Origin: Podarcis filfolensis
Taxonomy: Eukaryota
NCBI GenBank assembly: GCA_964270895.1
Contig: OZ185439.1
Length of the DNA: 64,000 nucleotides
Reading direction: 5' to 3' (one strand)
In this document: piece after piece, positions 12,998 through 25,254 of the stretch
Layout of the letters: every line of letters starts with the position of its first letter
How positions within the stretch are numbered: the stretch's first letter is position 1
Notes under the pieces: model-generated
Databases searched by the model: none
What the model was told of the DNA's origin: nothing
Seen by the model: only the letters and a program-made list of their open reading frames with translations
Made by a program: the position numbers and the translations under genes

Positions 12998-14161
12998 TGT
13001 ATAATAGATATCACCACCACCACTTACCTACGTTGTTTTGTTATTGTTGTTATTACTATTTACAGCAAACTCACACAATGGATGCATTTGCACTTGGCTT
13101 GTCTGTGAGCTGTTTCTGGATTTGCACGCAGTGGAAAGCTATGGTTAACAGCTGAATTCTGGATTGTTCAGCCACTCGCTTACTGGGTAGAGGAAGGTAG
13201 AGAACCAGGCCAGAGTGCAGAGGGAACATTTTCGCCACTGTGCACAACAGAATGCCTTGCGTTGGCTTGAGCCACCACGCATCATCTCAGGAAGATGGTT
13301 CAGTAGATTAGCTGCTATTGGATCATTGCATATTCTTTAGTAAAGCCTGACACAACATTTGTGTGAGTTGTAAGCTTCTTATGTGCAGGACAGCGGATTA
13401 CACTGCCAGGACCTTGCATTCAAAGGTCTTTTAAGTCGAAAGGTCCCTAAGGTGACTGCCTTTGCCACACATGCAAATGTTTGAGTGAAGTAGCCTTATT
13501 CAAATAGTGTGTAATGCAGTAATATTGTCTCTGTGTGTGTGATATGCATGTTCATAGACACAGTGCGAACTAGAGGCTGTTATATTTTTCTGTTGCACAG
13601 CTAGAGACTAGAATAGAGTTTTGTTTTTGAGGAGTTAGTATCTATTATGAAATGAGGCAGTGTAATTAAATTATCTTAGTTTGCAGTTACACATATGCAA
13701 GTTATTTTATCTTCTAAAGGATAGGTGGATAATAAGTCCTCTATGTATTTCTCCTAACCAATTGTACCCCCTGCTTGAACCTTGAAAACTTACTGTGGAC
13801 TCTCATAAAATATAAGATTATAACATGTTATAAGATTGGAGCCTTTGCTTTACTGGCTGTTCAGTAAATACATTGGTGTCTCTTGGATATGCCCTGAGGC
13901 GCTGAAACCTGAGGCCTGCCCACATCTTGAGTTCTACTTTCCTGCTTGCAAAGTGCCTCTGGCTAGTGGAGCTGTCGATTTCTCCCACCCCCTTCCCTTC
14001 CCTCCTAATAAAAAGATTTTTTTGTTGCTTAAATAAAAAAAAAAGGTTGAACAGCTGTAATGAAATTCAACAGTTTCTCCAGTTTCAAATCGTGTTAAAG
14101 CTTGACATTTTTCATTGACAAAAGGTTTTAAGCCTTGGATATTTGATTTAATGTGTGTGTC

Positions 14162-14175
14162 TATTTTAAGTGTGA

Positions 14176-14216
<41 letters not shown>

Positions 14217-14217
14217 C
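14162..14217. repeat. Compound (AC)n(GA)n microsatellite
   Basis: Directly visible. Confidence 0.9.
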
Positions 14218-14321
14218 TCATGCACAAAGTATTCCAATTCAAGAGGCACAAATATGGATGCAGAGAGCAGGAGCTTCCAGATGTGCATATCTCCTGCTGT
14301 TTGCTATAAGATGCAAATTGA

Positions 14322-14457
14322 CAGAGGACGATATGGTTGGACAGTGTTCTCGAAACTACCAACCTGAATTTGACGAAACTGCGGGAGGCAGGAGTGCCTG
14401 GCGTGCTCTGGTCCATGAGGTCATGAAGAGCTGGACACAACTAAACAACAACAACAA
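14322..14457 (+). mobile_element. BovB (RTE) LINE, 5'-truncated 3' end
   Basis: gcctggcgtgctctggtccatgaggtcatgaagagctggacacaactaaacaacaacaacaa is the BovB terminus with (CAA)n tail; caaattga is duplicated at 14314-14321 and 14455-14462 (TSD). Confidence 0.85.
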
Positions 14458-14989
14458 ATTGATTGGCCGACAAATATATCCCCTTTACTTTGTGATTCAG
14501 GAAGATTTCTACTGTTGATATTAAGTAAGCCCAGAAGAGTAAAGTCATGAAATGCAGATTTTAATAGGTCACCCCTTTTCTCCTTTGCACAGTTAAAGGA
14601 AAAGATAGTCAAATGCCCATAGGTATAGGAGAGTTGGTAGATGTATAGGTGAGTGATGAAGCAGGTGAATAAATTTACTTCTAGCACTTACTGCAGTAGA
14701 TTTACCTAGTGGCAACTGGAAGGAAATGGATTGTTGCTAAATTATATGCATTGTAATAGTATTTGATGAGGAGTGAAGAAGAAACAGTAAAGAAGTGGAG
14801 AGGAGTCTATCAAATGGCAATTACAGATTTTTTTAAAGGCAAGGGTAGCTTAGAGAAGACTGTTGGTTTGTGAGACTTTGTTATTATACTTCCGCATATA
14901 GGGAGTATAACGATGGAAAGCACAAAGACTGGAAAGGGCAACAAAAATATAACAGGCTTGTAATAGGTGAATCTCTGAGAGTTTTAGAA

Positions 14990-15620
14990 GGTGTCATAAG
15001 GTGAGAAGAAGGTTGTTGTGAAACTGAAGGATGTAGAGCTTTTAAAATAAGGACCAGTGCTCTGGAAGTGTAGCAGGAAGCCAGTGCGGGGATTTCAAAA
15101 GACGGCCACCATAAGCCTGATTCAGGCGTTACTTGTATATATGGTGTTATCGTGATTATTTTTGAACACACGAAGAGCTGTTGGATCAGGCCAGTGGCCC
15201 ATCTAGTCCAGCATCCTGTGGCCAGCCTCTGCGTGGTTAGAGCCTCTGCTACCCTTTCTCTTCAGACAGCTGCAGGCCATGGTTGTTTGAGGGAAGAGAC
15301 AAAATGTTGCTAAAAGTTCAGTCCCCACAGTTATGCCATACAAGCGAGTGATATGCCTCAGTAGCGCTGCAGTTATCAAGGGAGGAGAGAGGTTTTGTGA
15401 ATTTTCTAAAGAGAAGCCACAGATGCAGGAATGGTTAGTTAAGAAAATGGTTCAGCATCATACGAAAGAACAAGGCATATCCTAGGGATTTAACACGCAG
15501 AGATAAATACCAAATCTTGGAGTTGTTGGAAAGAAAGAAACTGGTATGGCTTGGGTGGGAGGGAAAAGGAAGAAGAAAAGTGTTCATAGATGTGTGGCTC
15601 AGATATGTAGGGCGATGGTA
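14990..15620 (-). mobile_element. Old L2 LINE RT fragment, interrupted by a CR1 tail
   Basis: Minus ORF 15435-15629 contains LRVKSLG (L2 RT V(R/K)SLG motif); the minus strand near 15030-15120 resembles the L2 HWLP...FK region. Confidence 0.5.
15167..15222 (-). mobile_element. CR1 3' terminal fragment
   Basis: gaagagctgttggatcaggccagtggcccatctagtccagcatcctgtggcc is the reverse of the same terminus seen at 35-112. Confidence 0.75.
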
Positions 15621-15784
15621 TAAGCCCAAACATAGCAGAGAAATGTGGGCTGTAGATAAATGAGGATTATAGTTTTGTATGGTTTTGCTGAATCGTAGTT
15701 ACTTAGAATGCTATACAGTGCTGGCTAAAGAATGTCCTACGTATCGAAGGCAACTCACTTTGAATCACTACCATGCTACCAACT

Positions 15785-15935
15785 AACTAGCTTGACTTGG
15801 GCCTGCTTCTGTTTTCATCTCAGCCTTAGTTTGCCATTGCAACATGAAGGTAGTAATCCTGTTTTACTTTACTGAATTACAATGAGTTAATGTATGAGAA
15901 ATGTATTGGATACTCTTAAGGCTCAGTACTATTTC
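15785..15935 (+). mobile_element. MIR-like CORE-SINE remnant
   Basis: gacttgggcc...ctcagccttagtttgccattgcaacatgaaggtagtaat...atgagttaatgtatgagaa resembles the MIR core. Confidence 0.5.
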
Positions 15936-16081
15936 TATTACCCAATAGCTGTAGGTCTTAATAGAACTTACAGTGGGATTACACTGTAAAAGCACTATCA
16001 TGCCATTATTTTTGCTAACATTTTACTAATTATTTAAGCTTTATCTATATTTTGTGTTTTCTAACATCACAAATAGAAGCA

Positions 16082-16296
16082 CAGTCATACCTTGGTTCTC
16101 GAACGCCTTGGTACTCGCATGTTTTGGCTCCCGAATGCCGCAAACACGGAAGTAAGTGTTCCGGTTTGCGAACGTTTTTGCAAAGCGGCTTCCAGTTGGC
16201 TGCAGGAAGCTCCTGCAGCCGATCGGAAGCCGTGTCTTGGTTTTCGAACCGTTTCGGGAGTTGAACGGATTAAGTTCAAGAACCAAGGGACGACTG
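16082..16296. mobile_element. Tc1/mariner (Tigger-like) MITE
   Basis: TIRs cagtcataccttggttctcgaac ... gttcaagaaccaagggacgactg; CpG-rich; TA TSD not intact. Confidence 0.8.
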
Positions 16297-17750
16297 GACT
16301 ATCTATCATCGTGGGTTCCTCCCATGGCCCTATGTTTTGATATAAGTGACATGATGATTGAGACAGACTCTAGATGTGCTGTGGCTCTCTGCTTGTGTTG
16401 ATGAGATGAGGTGTCTATTTGGGATATGAGCAGCCTTTGAACAGTAATGCATTTATTGGCATTGTGCATTCTTTTTAGCGGTTCTGCTGAGAAGTATTTT
16501 GGCCACTGTTAATGCTCTTTAACCAAATGATTGGCAATGTGCAAGTATCTACAAAATTTAGTATCTCACTTTGGAGTGCTGTTTATTTTGTTTCACATGT
16601 ATGCTCTCTACTGGTTTGTTGCTGCCGACTGCATAGCTGACTGTACTGCAAATATAGCTGAATCCTTCTTGTTTTCACCTTTATGTGGTGGAGTTATTTT
16701 AAGTAAAGCTGCTTTAAAAATAAACAGGCATATTCCTATTTTATTTGTGTGTGTGTGCGTGCCTGTTTGCACTCGTGCACTTGCATAACGACAAAATGTG
16801 AACAGTGGCCTGTCATATTTCCTACTCCTGAAAGCCACACTCCTTTAAATAAAAATCAATATCAAAAGTAACCTTGTGGGTGACGCCTGTTATTTACAGC
16901 TGATCTATGCTTAGGAACAAGTGTATCCTTTCAGGTTATTTAAAGGTTTTAAAAGTCCACGGGCCCCTTATATTCCCTCTTTGCTGTAGCCTAAGGGCTG
17001 AGAGTGTTTGGCCCATAGTTGAATATTGTGGGTTAGTGGAGTGGGTGGGAGTGGCTTAGTGGTTGAGATGCCTGTGGTGCTGTTTTGTCTACTGGGGGGA
17101 AATGTGGTCAGAGGTTCTCAGTCAGTGTGCTGGGCATTCTTCAGCCTGGAAATGAGAGAGGAGGCATTCACATTGCTTCCTACCTCTCCTTGTCCCCCCC
17201 ACACCCTGCAAGAATCCCTCTCATCCACTACCACAAATATTTGGCACAGGGAACAAATGTCAGCAGGAAGTGAAACACGAAGGAGGCCAAATTATGTCCT
17301 TTAACGCTCCACCTTCTGTGTTTTGCTTATTACATCTTTTTGGGAAGAGGCTTATGTGCGTTTTAAGCCTGGAAAGCACCACTCATTAATATTAAAATGT
17401 TCGTGTTTACTGCTTATTTACTGGCCTCTTGTCTTGCGTAATATTTTGATTTCGATAAAATGAAAACAAATCAATACAAGCCTCATTAATCATTAATGTT
17501 TTACATAGTGAAGCTGCTTTGCCGGTTTAGATCACTGTATGCATTAAACTCATTCCTGCATGTTCCGTTCCCGGAAGTTCAAAAAGACTGTTATTGCTGG
17601 TGTGATATTTTTTTTTGCACCAAACGCCAGTAACGGTTTCCACTAATCTTTTTTATGTATTTTAAAAAACTGTTGGTCACCTTTTCAACAAAACAACAGT
17701 TCTATCGGCTAAACTGGCGTTAGGGATTTAAACCAAAGTACCTCAGCCAA

Positions 17751-18105
17751 GGGACACGGGTGGCACTGTGGGTTAAACCACAGAGCCTAGGCCTTGCCGA
17801 TCAGAAGGTCAGCGGTTCGAATCCCCACAACGGGGTGAGCTCCCGTTGCTCAGTCCCTGCTCCTGCCAACCTAGCAGTTTGAAAACATGTCAAAGTGCAA
17901 GTAGATAAATAGATACTGGTCCAGCGGGAAGGTAAACAGCGTTTCCGTGCGCTGCTCTGGTTTGCCAGAAGCGGCGTAGTCATGCTGGCCACGTGACCAG
18001 GAAGCTGTATGCCGGCTCCTTTGGCCAATAAAGCGAGATGAGCGCTGCAACCCCAGAGTCGGTCACGACTGGACCTAATGGTCAGGGGTCCCTTTACCTT
18101 TACTT
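17751..18105 (+). mobile_element. Sauria SINE, full length
   Basis: tRNA-related head gggacacgggtggcactgtgggttaaacc...ggttcgaatcc; BovB-related 3' part gtcggtcacgactgg; (ACCTTT)-type tail; 12-bp TSD tacctcagccaa at 17739-17750 and 18106-18117. Confidence 0.95.
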
Positions 18106-20862
18106 TACCTCAGCCAAACCAAGCCCAAGATCTGCTACATCCTATATCACTCAGCCGGGAAGATGTGGCCTCACTCTTGCACTCTTAATTTACATCCAAT
18201 AATTTCAGTGAGTTTGCTTTAACTTAGTTGGAGTCAACCCTCTGTCAAGAGCAAGCAGTGTGCCAATATAAAAATTCTTTCTGATTTTTAGAATTTTGGT
18301 AGAAATTCACTTAGGTAGAAGAAGAAAAGCAACAACTTTAACCGTTTCCTGTACAAAAAGAGGTTCCTCCTTTCCTGACTATTGCTCAAACTATATTAAA
18401 AAGTGTGTTGATTGAAATGCTGCACTTTTGAGGGGATAGCCCAAGGAATGGGCCTATATTTCTCCAGCAAACCCAAAGGGTTTGTTTTCCCAAACATCAT
18501 TTCCACAATTCTTTTAATCCACCCCTGTGGTTCACTTTGATTGGTTTGTTCCTTCACAGCTGAACATTTCGTGAAATGATTTGGGCTGGTGTTGGCTGGT
18601 AGGGAGGCTGTGAGCCTGCACTGAGTGACTTGGATTAGACATTTGTAGTGTCCTATCAAAATCACAAGTGTGTGGAGATAGTTAACCATTGTGCGAGGAT
18701 TTCGGCCTTGCATCTTTTACTTTTCTAATGGACAATTGAGACATTCAAGCTTATGGGTTGAAAGGAAAATGGGTGCAAGTGGTTTTGCTGGCCTCCCAGG
18801 CTAATGCTGTAGAAGAAGCAAATAGAGAAAAGGATTATTGATAGGGGAAACAACTGGTCTTGAATCCTGGGAGGGAATGTTTATTTCTCTGCTCTCTAGG
18901 AGGGATTTGGAAAGAGCTGTAATCCTGGGTTAGGAGTAATTTGTTACAGCAAGATGATACTTGAGTGGCAGGAGGTTTCTGGCTGAGGCAGCAAGATTTT
19001 TTTTTTTATTGTTCAGGGGAGTAGCTGGTCTCTTCCGAAGGTCAGCCTGACATAAATCCCCCACCCTGAAAATTTTGTTTCACAACTGACAAAATTAACC
19101 AAGAGGACAGTTGACCTTTTTGCATCATCCTAGGGCATCTGTGCACACACACCCTCCCTCTTCCCTCCCTTGCCCCCAAAAACGGTTTCGACGAAAAGAA
19201 TGTGCAGAAGAATGAGAGCACAGTGAAAAGTTTAAGTTTTCTGCTGGGACTTTAAAAGCATTCCCACCTTCTCCTGTGAGACCAGAATGTTTCTGTTTTT
19301 AATATTAGCTCAGCAACTTCCAATCTTTTTTTCTGTTTTACTGAGATGACATTTTCGGTATTAAAGCATCCTGCTTGTTTTTCTATTTCCCCACTGACCC
19401 TAGGGAAGAGAGAATTTTGCAAGTCTCTGGGTTGTTGGTTTTGGGGGGTTTTTTGGTGAGAGAGAGGCAGTAATCTTTGGAGCCAAATGTTTTGAAGTAA
19501 CCCCTTGTTACAGTGAAGGCCCATTCACAGGAAAAGCCACAAAGGACGTGACAGAAAATTCAGTTTGAAATTTTATGGGTTTACTTAAGAGCATATTTAG
19601 CAATTCATTCCTTTTTTTGTCATGTTCAACATTAGGAGAAAACTGGATTACTCATGTTTAAAATGACCCCTATAGTTGTCATAGTAGTATGCTAGAGGTA
19701 GTAGTACTTGGAAGTTAAGAAAAGAAAATGAAGTAAGCATAAAAGTACATCTGTATCATTAAGCAGACTAGTGTTACTGATAGCAAAATTGATATGGGGA
19801 AAATAATAGTCCAAGGAATTGTAATTAAAAACATGGAGGCTGACACTGTAGTGGGCATTTTCAAGGGCGACTAAGTGGATGAGAGGAGTTGCTTTAAGTC
19901 TTTTAAAACACCTAAAGATGTCCCCCAAACCAGTTTTACTCTAGCTGGGCTCCAAAACTATCATTAAGCATAGCTACAGAAAAAGATTTATGTGAGGAAT
20001 CAAAGGCAAATCTGGGGGAGTGCAGCTGGTGAGCTTGCACCCGGTGCAGAGCTTCTGGGGTGCTGCAGGGGGCGCCACAATGATGACCTCTAGTGGAAGG
20101 CAAGAGGCAGGGCGTACATGCCAGATTTTAGCATTGCACAGGATGCTGCTGAAATTTGAGGTGCCCAGGTCCACGAGTAGTGGGATTAATGCAAGGAGAA
20201 ACAGGGAAGATGGGAAAGTTAATAATAAACCATTTTTCTCTCCACCAATTCACCACCACAGTCACTACTCCACCACCATCATGGTCATGTTATCTCCATA
20301 AAAGTGTGTTGGAACATGAGTATGTCAAGTTAACAGCATTATTGTAAGCTTCCATATTTGTGGTTTACACAGGGAGGGAGGAGCAGAACTGCACCCTCCA
20401 GTCCCTTCCTGACATTTTCATGGGTGCTGCAGACCATCAGAAAGGAAATTTCATGTATGTACACCCATAAGCGTACCCATGTAGTCAGGAACCTTCCATG
20501 TTCTAGATTCCTGATCAGCTAGAGGGCATGTGTGCATATAACTTTATGTATGTAGGCTTTGTTTCCCAGTAAGCACTTGGAGATTGTGAGGTCATAGACA
20601 TGCTGCTATAAGGGGAAGATGTGCACCCAGTGATGAATAGCACATGCATGCAGAGATGCCAATGAATAATCCTAATGTGTAGCTGTTCCTTGAGAGTGGC
20701 ACCACATGGTCATTTCTTATTTAAAAGTGGCTTAGAAAATATGGCTTCATTGGGACCACTCTCCTTACATATTGGGTTATTTGCTGACTGTGAAATCTGA
20801 GTGTTGAGCTCTCTCAGAAATTGTTATTTTGTTGTTGTCGTTGCCAGGCAGGCCACCTTGAA

Positions 20863-21010
20863 TAAAATATTGGGGCGCAGGTAAGTCCCGCTTGCATAAT
20901 CAATCACAAAACACGGCGCGTGAACACCATTTGAATGGCAATGCATATCTACTGGAGGGGGGAGCCCCCTCAATTATTTTATTGGGGGCAGGGGTAAAGG
21001 GACCTTGGTC
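20863..21010. mobile_element. Probable hAT transposon remnant
   Basis: GC-rich island (aatattggggcgcaggtaagtccc ... ttattgggggcagggg) resembling lizard hAT ends; boundaries approximate. Confidence 0.35.
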
Positions 21011-21439
21011 TCAAGGAGTTTTAGTGTCACAGGCACATTGCTATTTGAAGCTGGATCTCATCCGGTTGGAGCCAAAGCTGTTTTTCTTGCCCTTTCCCTC
21101 CTGATAATAGTTCCCTGCCCTGAACTCCTGAAAAGATGTTCTGGAGGGCCAGGAAGCCTTTGGAGTGAAGTAGGAGGCTACTATTGAAATGGGAGGTAGC
21201 AGAAATAGGTCAGGGGCAGATGAAGTAGGGTGTGAAGCTGGAACAGTCAGGATACAATGGCATGGTGCCCTTTCCCACACAGCAGAGCTCAGCCTACTGC
21301 TTTATTTTCTGGGAAACTAGGTTCAATGAAGTAGACTTTGAGATGACGATAATACAAATAAGCAAAAGTCTTAAGGTGGCTCCCCTTGAAGCCTCCTCCA
21401 TGGCAGTGAAGACACAATACTACATTGCACCAGCAGAGT

Positions 21440-21810
21440 TTTTCCAGCTGGTACTGGACTTCCACTCTCAGAGGGCAGTTGTAGCATGTTTGCTAAGAAA
21501 GTTGTTTTTATCCACCTTGACTTTAGCTGTGCTAGTTCAGCATTTTAGTCCGTGGTTGTGCCCAGAGCACTGTCTAATATTGGGGCTATGAAATGAATTT
21601 ACGTTATTTCAGCACGAAGACCTGGACCTAGTGGTGGTTATTCAACCCTCACCATTATGTGCTTATTGCATCTAGCAGATGTGATTAATCTTACAAGAGG
21701 AGTGGGCCCATCTGTCTTGAAAGAAGTTGTTGTGAGGCCACTATTAAATAAGCCCTCTTTGGTCCAAGGACTGCAGTACTGCAGAGTTGGAATGGATCAA
21801 AAAGGTCACC
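21440..21810 (+). mobile_element. L2 LINE ORF2 remnant (start of RT)
   Basis: ORF 21657-21923 ADVINLTRGVGPSVLKEVVVRPLLNKPSL matches the L2/CR1-clade motif IIN.SL..G.VP..LK.AVVRPLLKKPSL. Confidence 0.75.
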
Positions 21811-21899
21811 TACTCCAACCCGCTTCAATGCAGGACATTTTTTTGCCCAGTGTGGGTCTCAAACTCATAACTCTGCTTGTTTGTATGAACGGTCGCTGT

Positions 21900-22400
21900 G
21901 TGACTTCTAGTGCTCTTGAATGAAACTGATTGCCTGGATCTGTTTCAGTCTAAGTGTGGGCATGGTTTGGCACAGAAATTGCCTTGGCTGTCCTAATGGA
22001 TGACTTGGTCTGGATAATGTGCCAGGGGATTCTGAGCCTGCTATTTCTTCTGCATCTTTCAGCAGCTTTTGATAAGTACCATTGACCATAATATCCTTGT
22101 GGATAGGTTATTGGGAATGGGGGGTGTTCCCTTTCTGACTGAATGATTGATTCTGAAAGATGTTCTTCATGAAAGCTGTCTCTTAGTAGATGATCAGCTG
22201 CTTGCTTCGTCAGGTGTAACTTCAAATCATTCTTCAAGGGCAGCACCATGTATAAAGAACTACAGTAGCTGATCCATGAGTTTACCAGAAGTGTTAATGA
22301 TGGTTGATAGAGTGACATAGTCCAGAAAAAGTCATAGCAAGTGAACCTGCTAAGCACAATAAAAGACACTCTTCATAGAATATTTATAGTATTAGAGCAG
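21900..22400 (-). mobile_element. Old L2 LINE C-terminal/3' remnant
   Basis: ttcaagggcagcaccatgtataaagaactacagtag is the reverse of the L2 'DYCNALY.GLPLK' coding region. Confidence 0.55.
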
Positions 22401-23232
22401 GAACAAGTGGGCTGTTCAATCTGGCATCTAAATTGTTGTTTCAGAATGCGCTATCTGCTACTGTATGATTTTTTTGGTTCCTCTTCCAGTTATGAACCTA
22501 TCTGTTGACCACATTTTTGTGAATGAAGCTGACATTCTAAACTTTAAAAAATAAATGCATTACATTCACTTGGAAAATCTTGGTTGTATTTAAGGATTAT
22601 GACAGAAAAACATGTCTAGATCTGTCGGTAGTGGATTGGTAATCTACCAGTGGTTTACAGTAGCTTTCCAAGTGGATGATTTAGCTGTACATTCAGTACA
22701 CATTGTAGAGAATGTAGTGCAAATCATTGAAAGGCGATTGATTTCGGGGTTAGGTGGTGAGATAGATTAGTGGCAATGAACAAATTCTGTTGTTGGATCT
22801 CTATAATATAGTGTTGGGAGCCTCTGAATAAGCTTAGCAACTGCTCTATATTTCCATTGTCATATCTGTTCCATAGGATTAATATAGTGATGACTGCAGA
22901 TTATTGGGTGGAATAGACATTTCTGTGTTCAGTGTGTTTGTGTTTTTCCTTGGTAATGTCTTGTTCCCCCAAGACTGGGCCTAGCTGTGGGAAAACTTTC
23001 CAATGGCAAATATTATCTTCTAGAACTAGATTCTTCCATCTATTGAACTAAGTGAGTTTTTAGTATATTATGTCAAGAAAATACCTCTTAACATCAAAAA
23101 CAAAAGGAGTAAGGACGTAAGGAAAGTGGTGCTATAAATATCTTAGGTCTTGGTTTTTCTGATACTGTATCATAATTTTCCTGACAGTCACGAGGTAGAG
23201 CATAGTGGCAGGAGTTTAAGTTTGCAACTTTG

Positions 23233-23518
23233 TTTTTTGGTAAATTTATTTTATTTTATTTTCTTCTTTCAACAATAAGTAATAATTCCACAAATAACAT
23301 CAAAAACAAGTCCCCCCCTTTCCCCATATGTACATTTATCCTTTCAACACTATATCTTGTGAGATTCTTAAAATCTTTCATCTTCCCTTCATTTCTACTT
23401 CTGGTTCCTTATATATACCAAATTCTTCTGCATTTCCATATCTACACTTAACCCATTATTATATCCTTAATTATCCAAATTTCTGATAATTGCAAGCATT
23501 TAGTTGACTAAATGCTTG
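23233..23518 (-). mobile_element. 5'-truncated L1-type LINE 3' end
   Basis: A-rich tail (tttattttattttatttt on +); 14-bp TSD agtttgcaactttg at 23219-23232 and 23519-23532. Confidence 0.8.
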
Positions 23519-24454
23519 AGTTTGCAACTTTGAAAAGGTCTTCGTGTTTGCCCCCCCCCTTTCCCCCAAGTCTGCTGTTCCTAGTCTCCCTGAACAGGAT
23601 TTTGCTCCACTTAGCCATATTGCCATTACCAGATATTTTCTCTAGAAGTGCTTTAGCTTTCTGCCTTGGGCTGTGCCTCATTTCAAATGTCAGTGTAGCA
23701 ATAAGATGGTTGATAACATCTGCTTTCTTGCAGGACCCAAGATACATTTCCTCCTCCCTCTCCACTTTTTAAAAAGCCCTATCCTTTGCCATTTGAGGTG
23801 TTTGCTTTCCCCCTTGTGATGACAATTTAACAGCCTTTCAAGAGTGTGTTGTGTTTCTCCTCACCCACCCCCTGTGCACGGATTCTAGCCAGCCACACAT
23901 TATAATATTTTGCACAGACAGTAGGAGCCTTAAAAGATTTGGAGTTCTCTCTTCCTCTCTCTCAAAAACAGAAGAAGCAATAATGATCTATTGCTAGATC
24001 ATCCTTTTAAATCAATATTGAACTTCTGGCCAGTATATCTATATTAATATTTCAGCTTTAAAATGGGACATCAGAACCTATATACATTTCCCCCCTGTTT
24101 TTAATATTACACCAGTTTGTTGGAACATAATATTTCCTGTCAAATAGAAGTAAGGCTGGAAAAGACAAGAAATTACAGAATTTTTATAGAACAGAGTATT
24201 TGGATTCTCTCTTTACTGTATGATATAGACACAAAGTTGGGATCCCGTGAAGGAAATATCTCGCCCCCTCCTCCCTTCACCTTCTCCTTTTGCAGACACT
24301 TGCAAGTTGAAGGGACTCCTGGCTCACATTTGTATTTGAGTCTGAAAGAATAGCATTTCCTGCTGTTTCATGTAGGAGGAAGGAAAGGATTTACCACTCT
24401 CTAGTAATGGGACAAAACCCCCCCAAAACTCTAAAAAACAAACAAAACACTATC

Positions 24455-24485
<31 letters not shown>

Positions 24486-24517
24486 GAGAGAGAGACAGAG
24501 ACAGAGAGAGAGAGAGA
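24455..24517. repeat. (GA)n/(AC)n compound microsatellite
   Basis: Directly visible. Confidence 0.9.
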
Positions 24518-25231
24518 CCCCTCTGATTAGTTGCATAATTCTGCAATAGTAAACCCGAGAAGGCAATTACGCATTCCCCTTCTAATATATGCTGTGTAAG
24601 TGCTGTGATGCAAGTCTTCCTCTGCCAAAAGAACCATCCCTTCTTTAGTTTCCAAACTAATACCTTAAAGCATTGTGTGTGGATGGTGGGGCAATTACTT
24701 GGCAGTTCATTCCATTGTGCAAGAGTTGCTGTGGGCTGGAGCGCTGCTACATAATTCCATAGCAGTGCTTTCTCTTTCTCACTCTCTCACCATCTGGATT
24801 GAGTTAGCTCACTCGGCAGTAGGACTGAGTCTCATTTCCTCCAACCAGTAATGTTATATAGGCAGTGATCCTGCCCTGCCCTAACATAATTGAAAATTAT
24901 GTGTATTGTAGACTCGCAGCGCTGAAATGTAGACTCGTAAAAATCTGGGGCTCAGGTAGCCTGTGGAGATTGGATTTGGCACACAATGAAGCTTTTATGT
25001 AAAATAAGAATTATAAGCCACCACATTAATATTGTATTATGGCCATGACAATTCCTGGGCTGGGAGACTTTGAGGCAAGCTTGAAGCTGTTGAACGAAAC
25101 AAACGTTTTATTCTTTTATCAATAGAGCTGGATCTTTTTATTAGGGATGAGCTAAAACCAGGGGGTAGGGATTGAGGGATTCACAAATTTATTCGCTCAT
25201 AAAATGCACCCCCTTTCACCAAGCTTTTGGG

Positions 25232-25254
25232 TCTCTCTCTCTCTCTCTCTCTCT
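25232..25254. repeat. (CT)n microsatellite
   Basis: Directly visible; ends in ctgcag. Confidence 0.9.
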
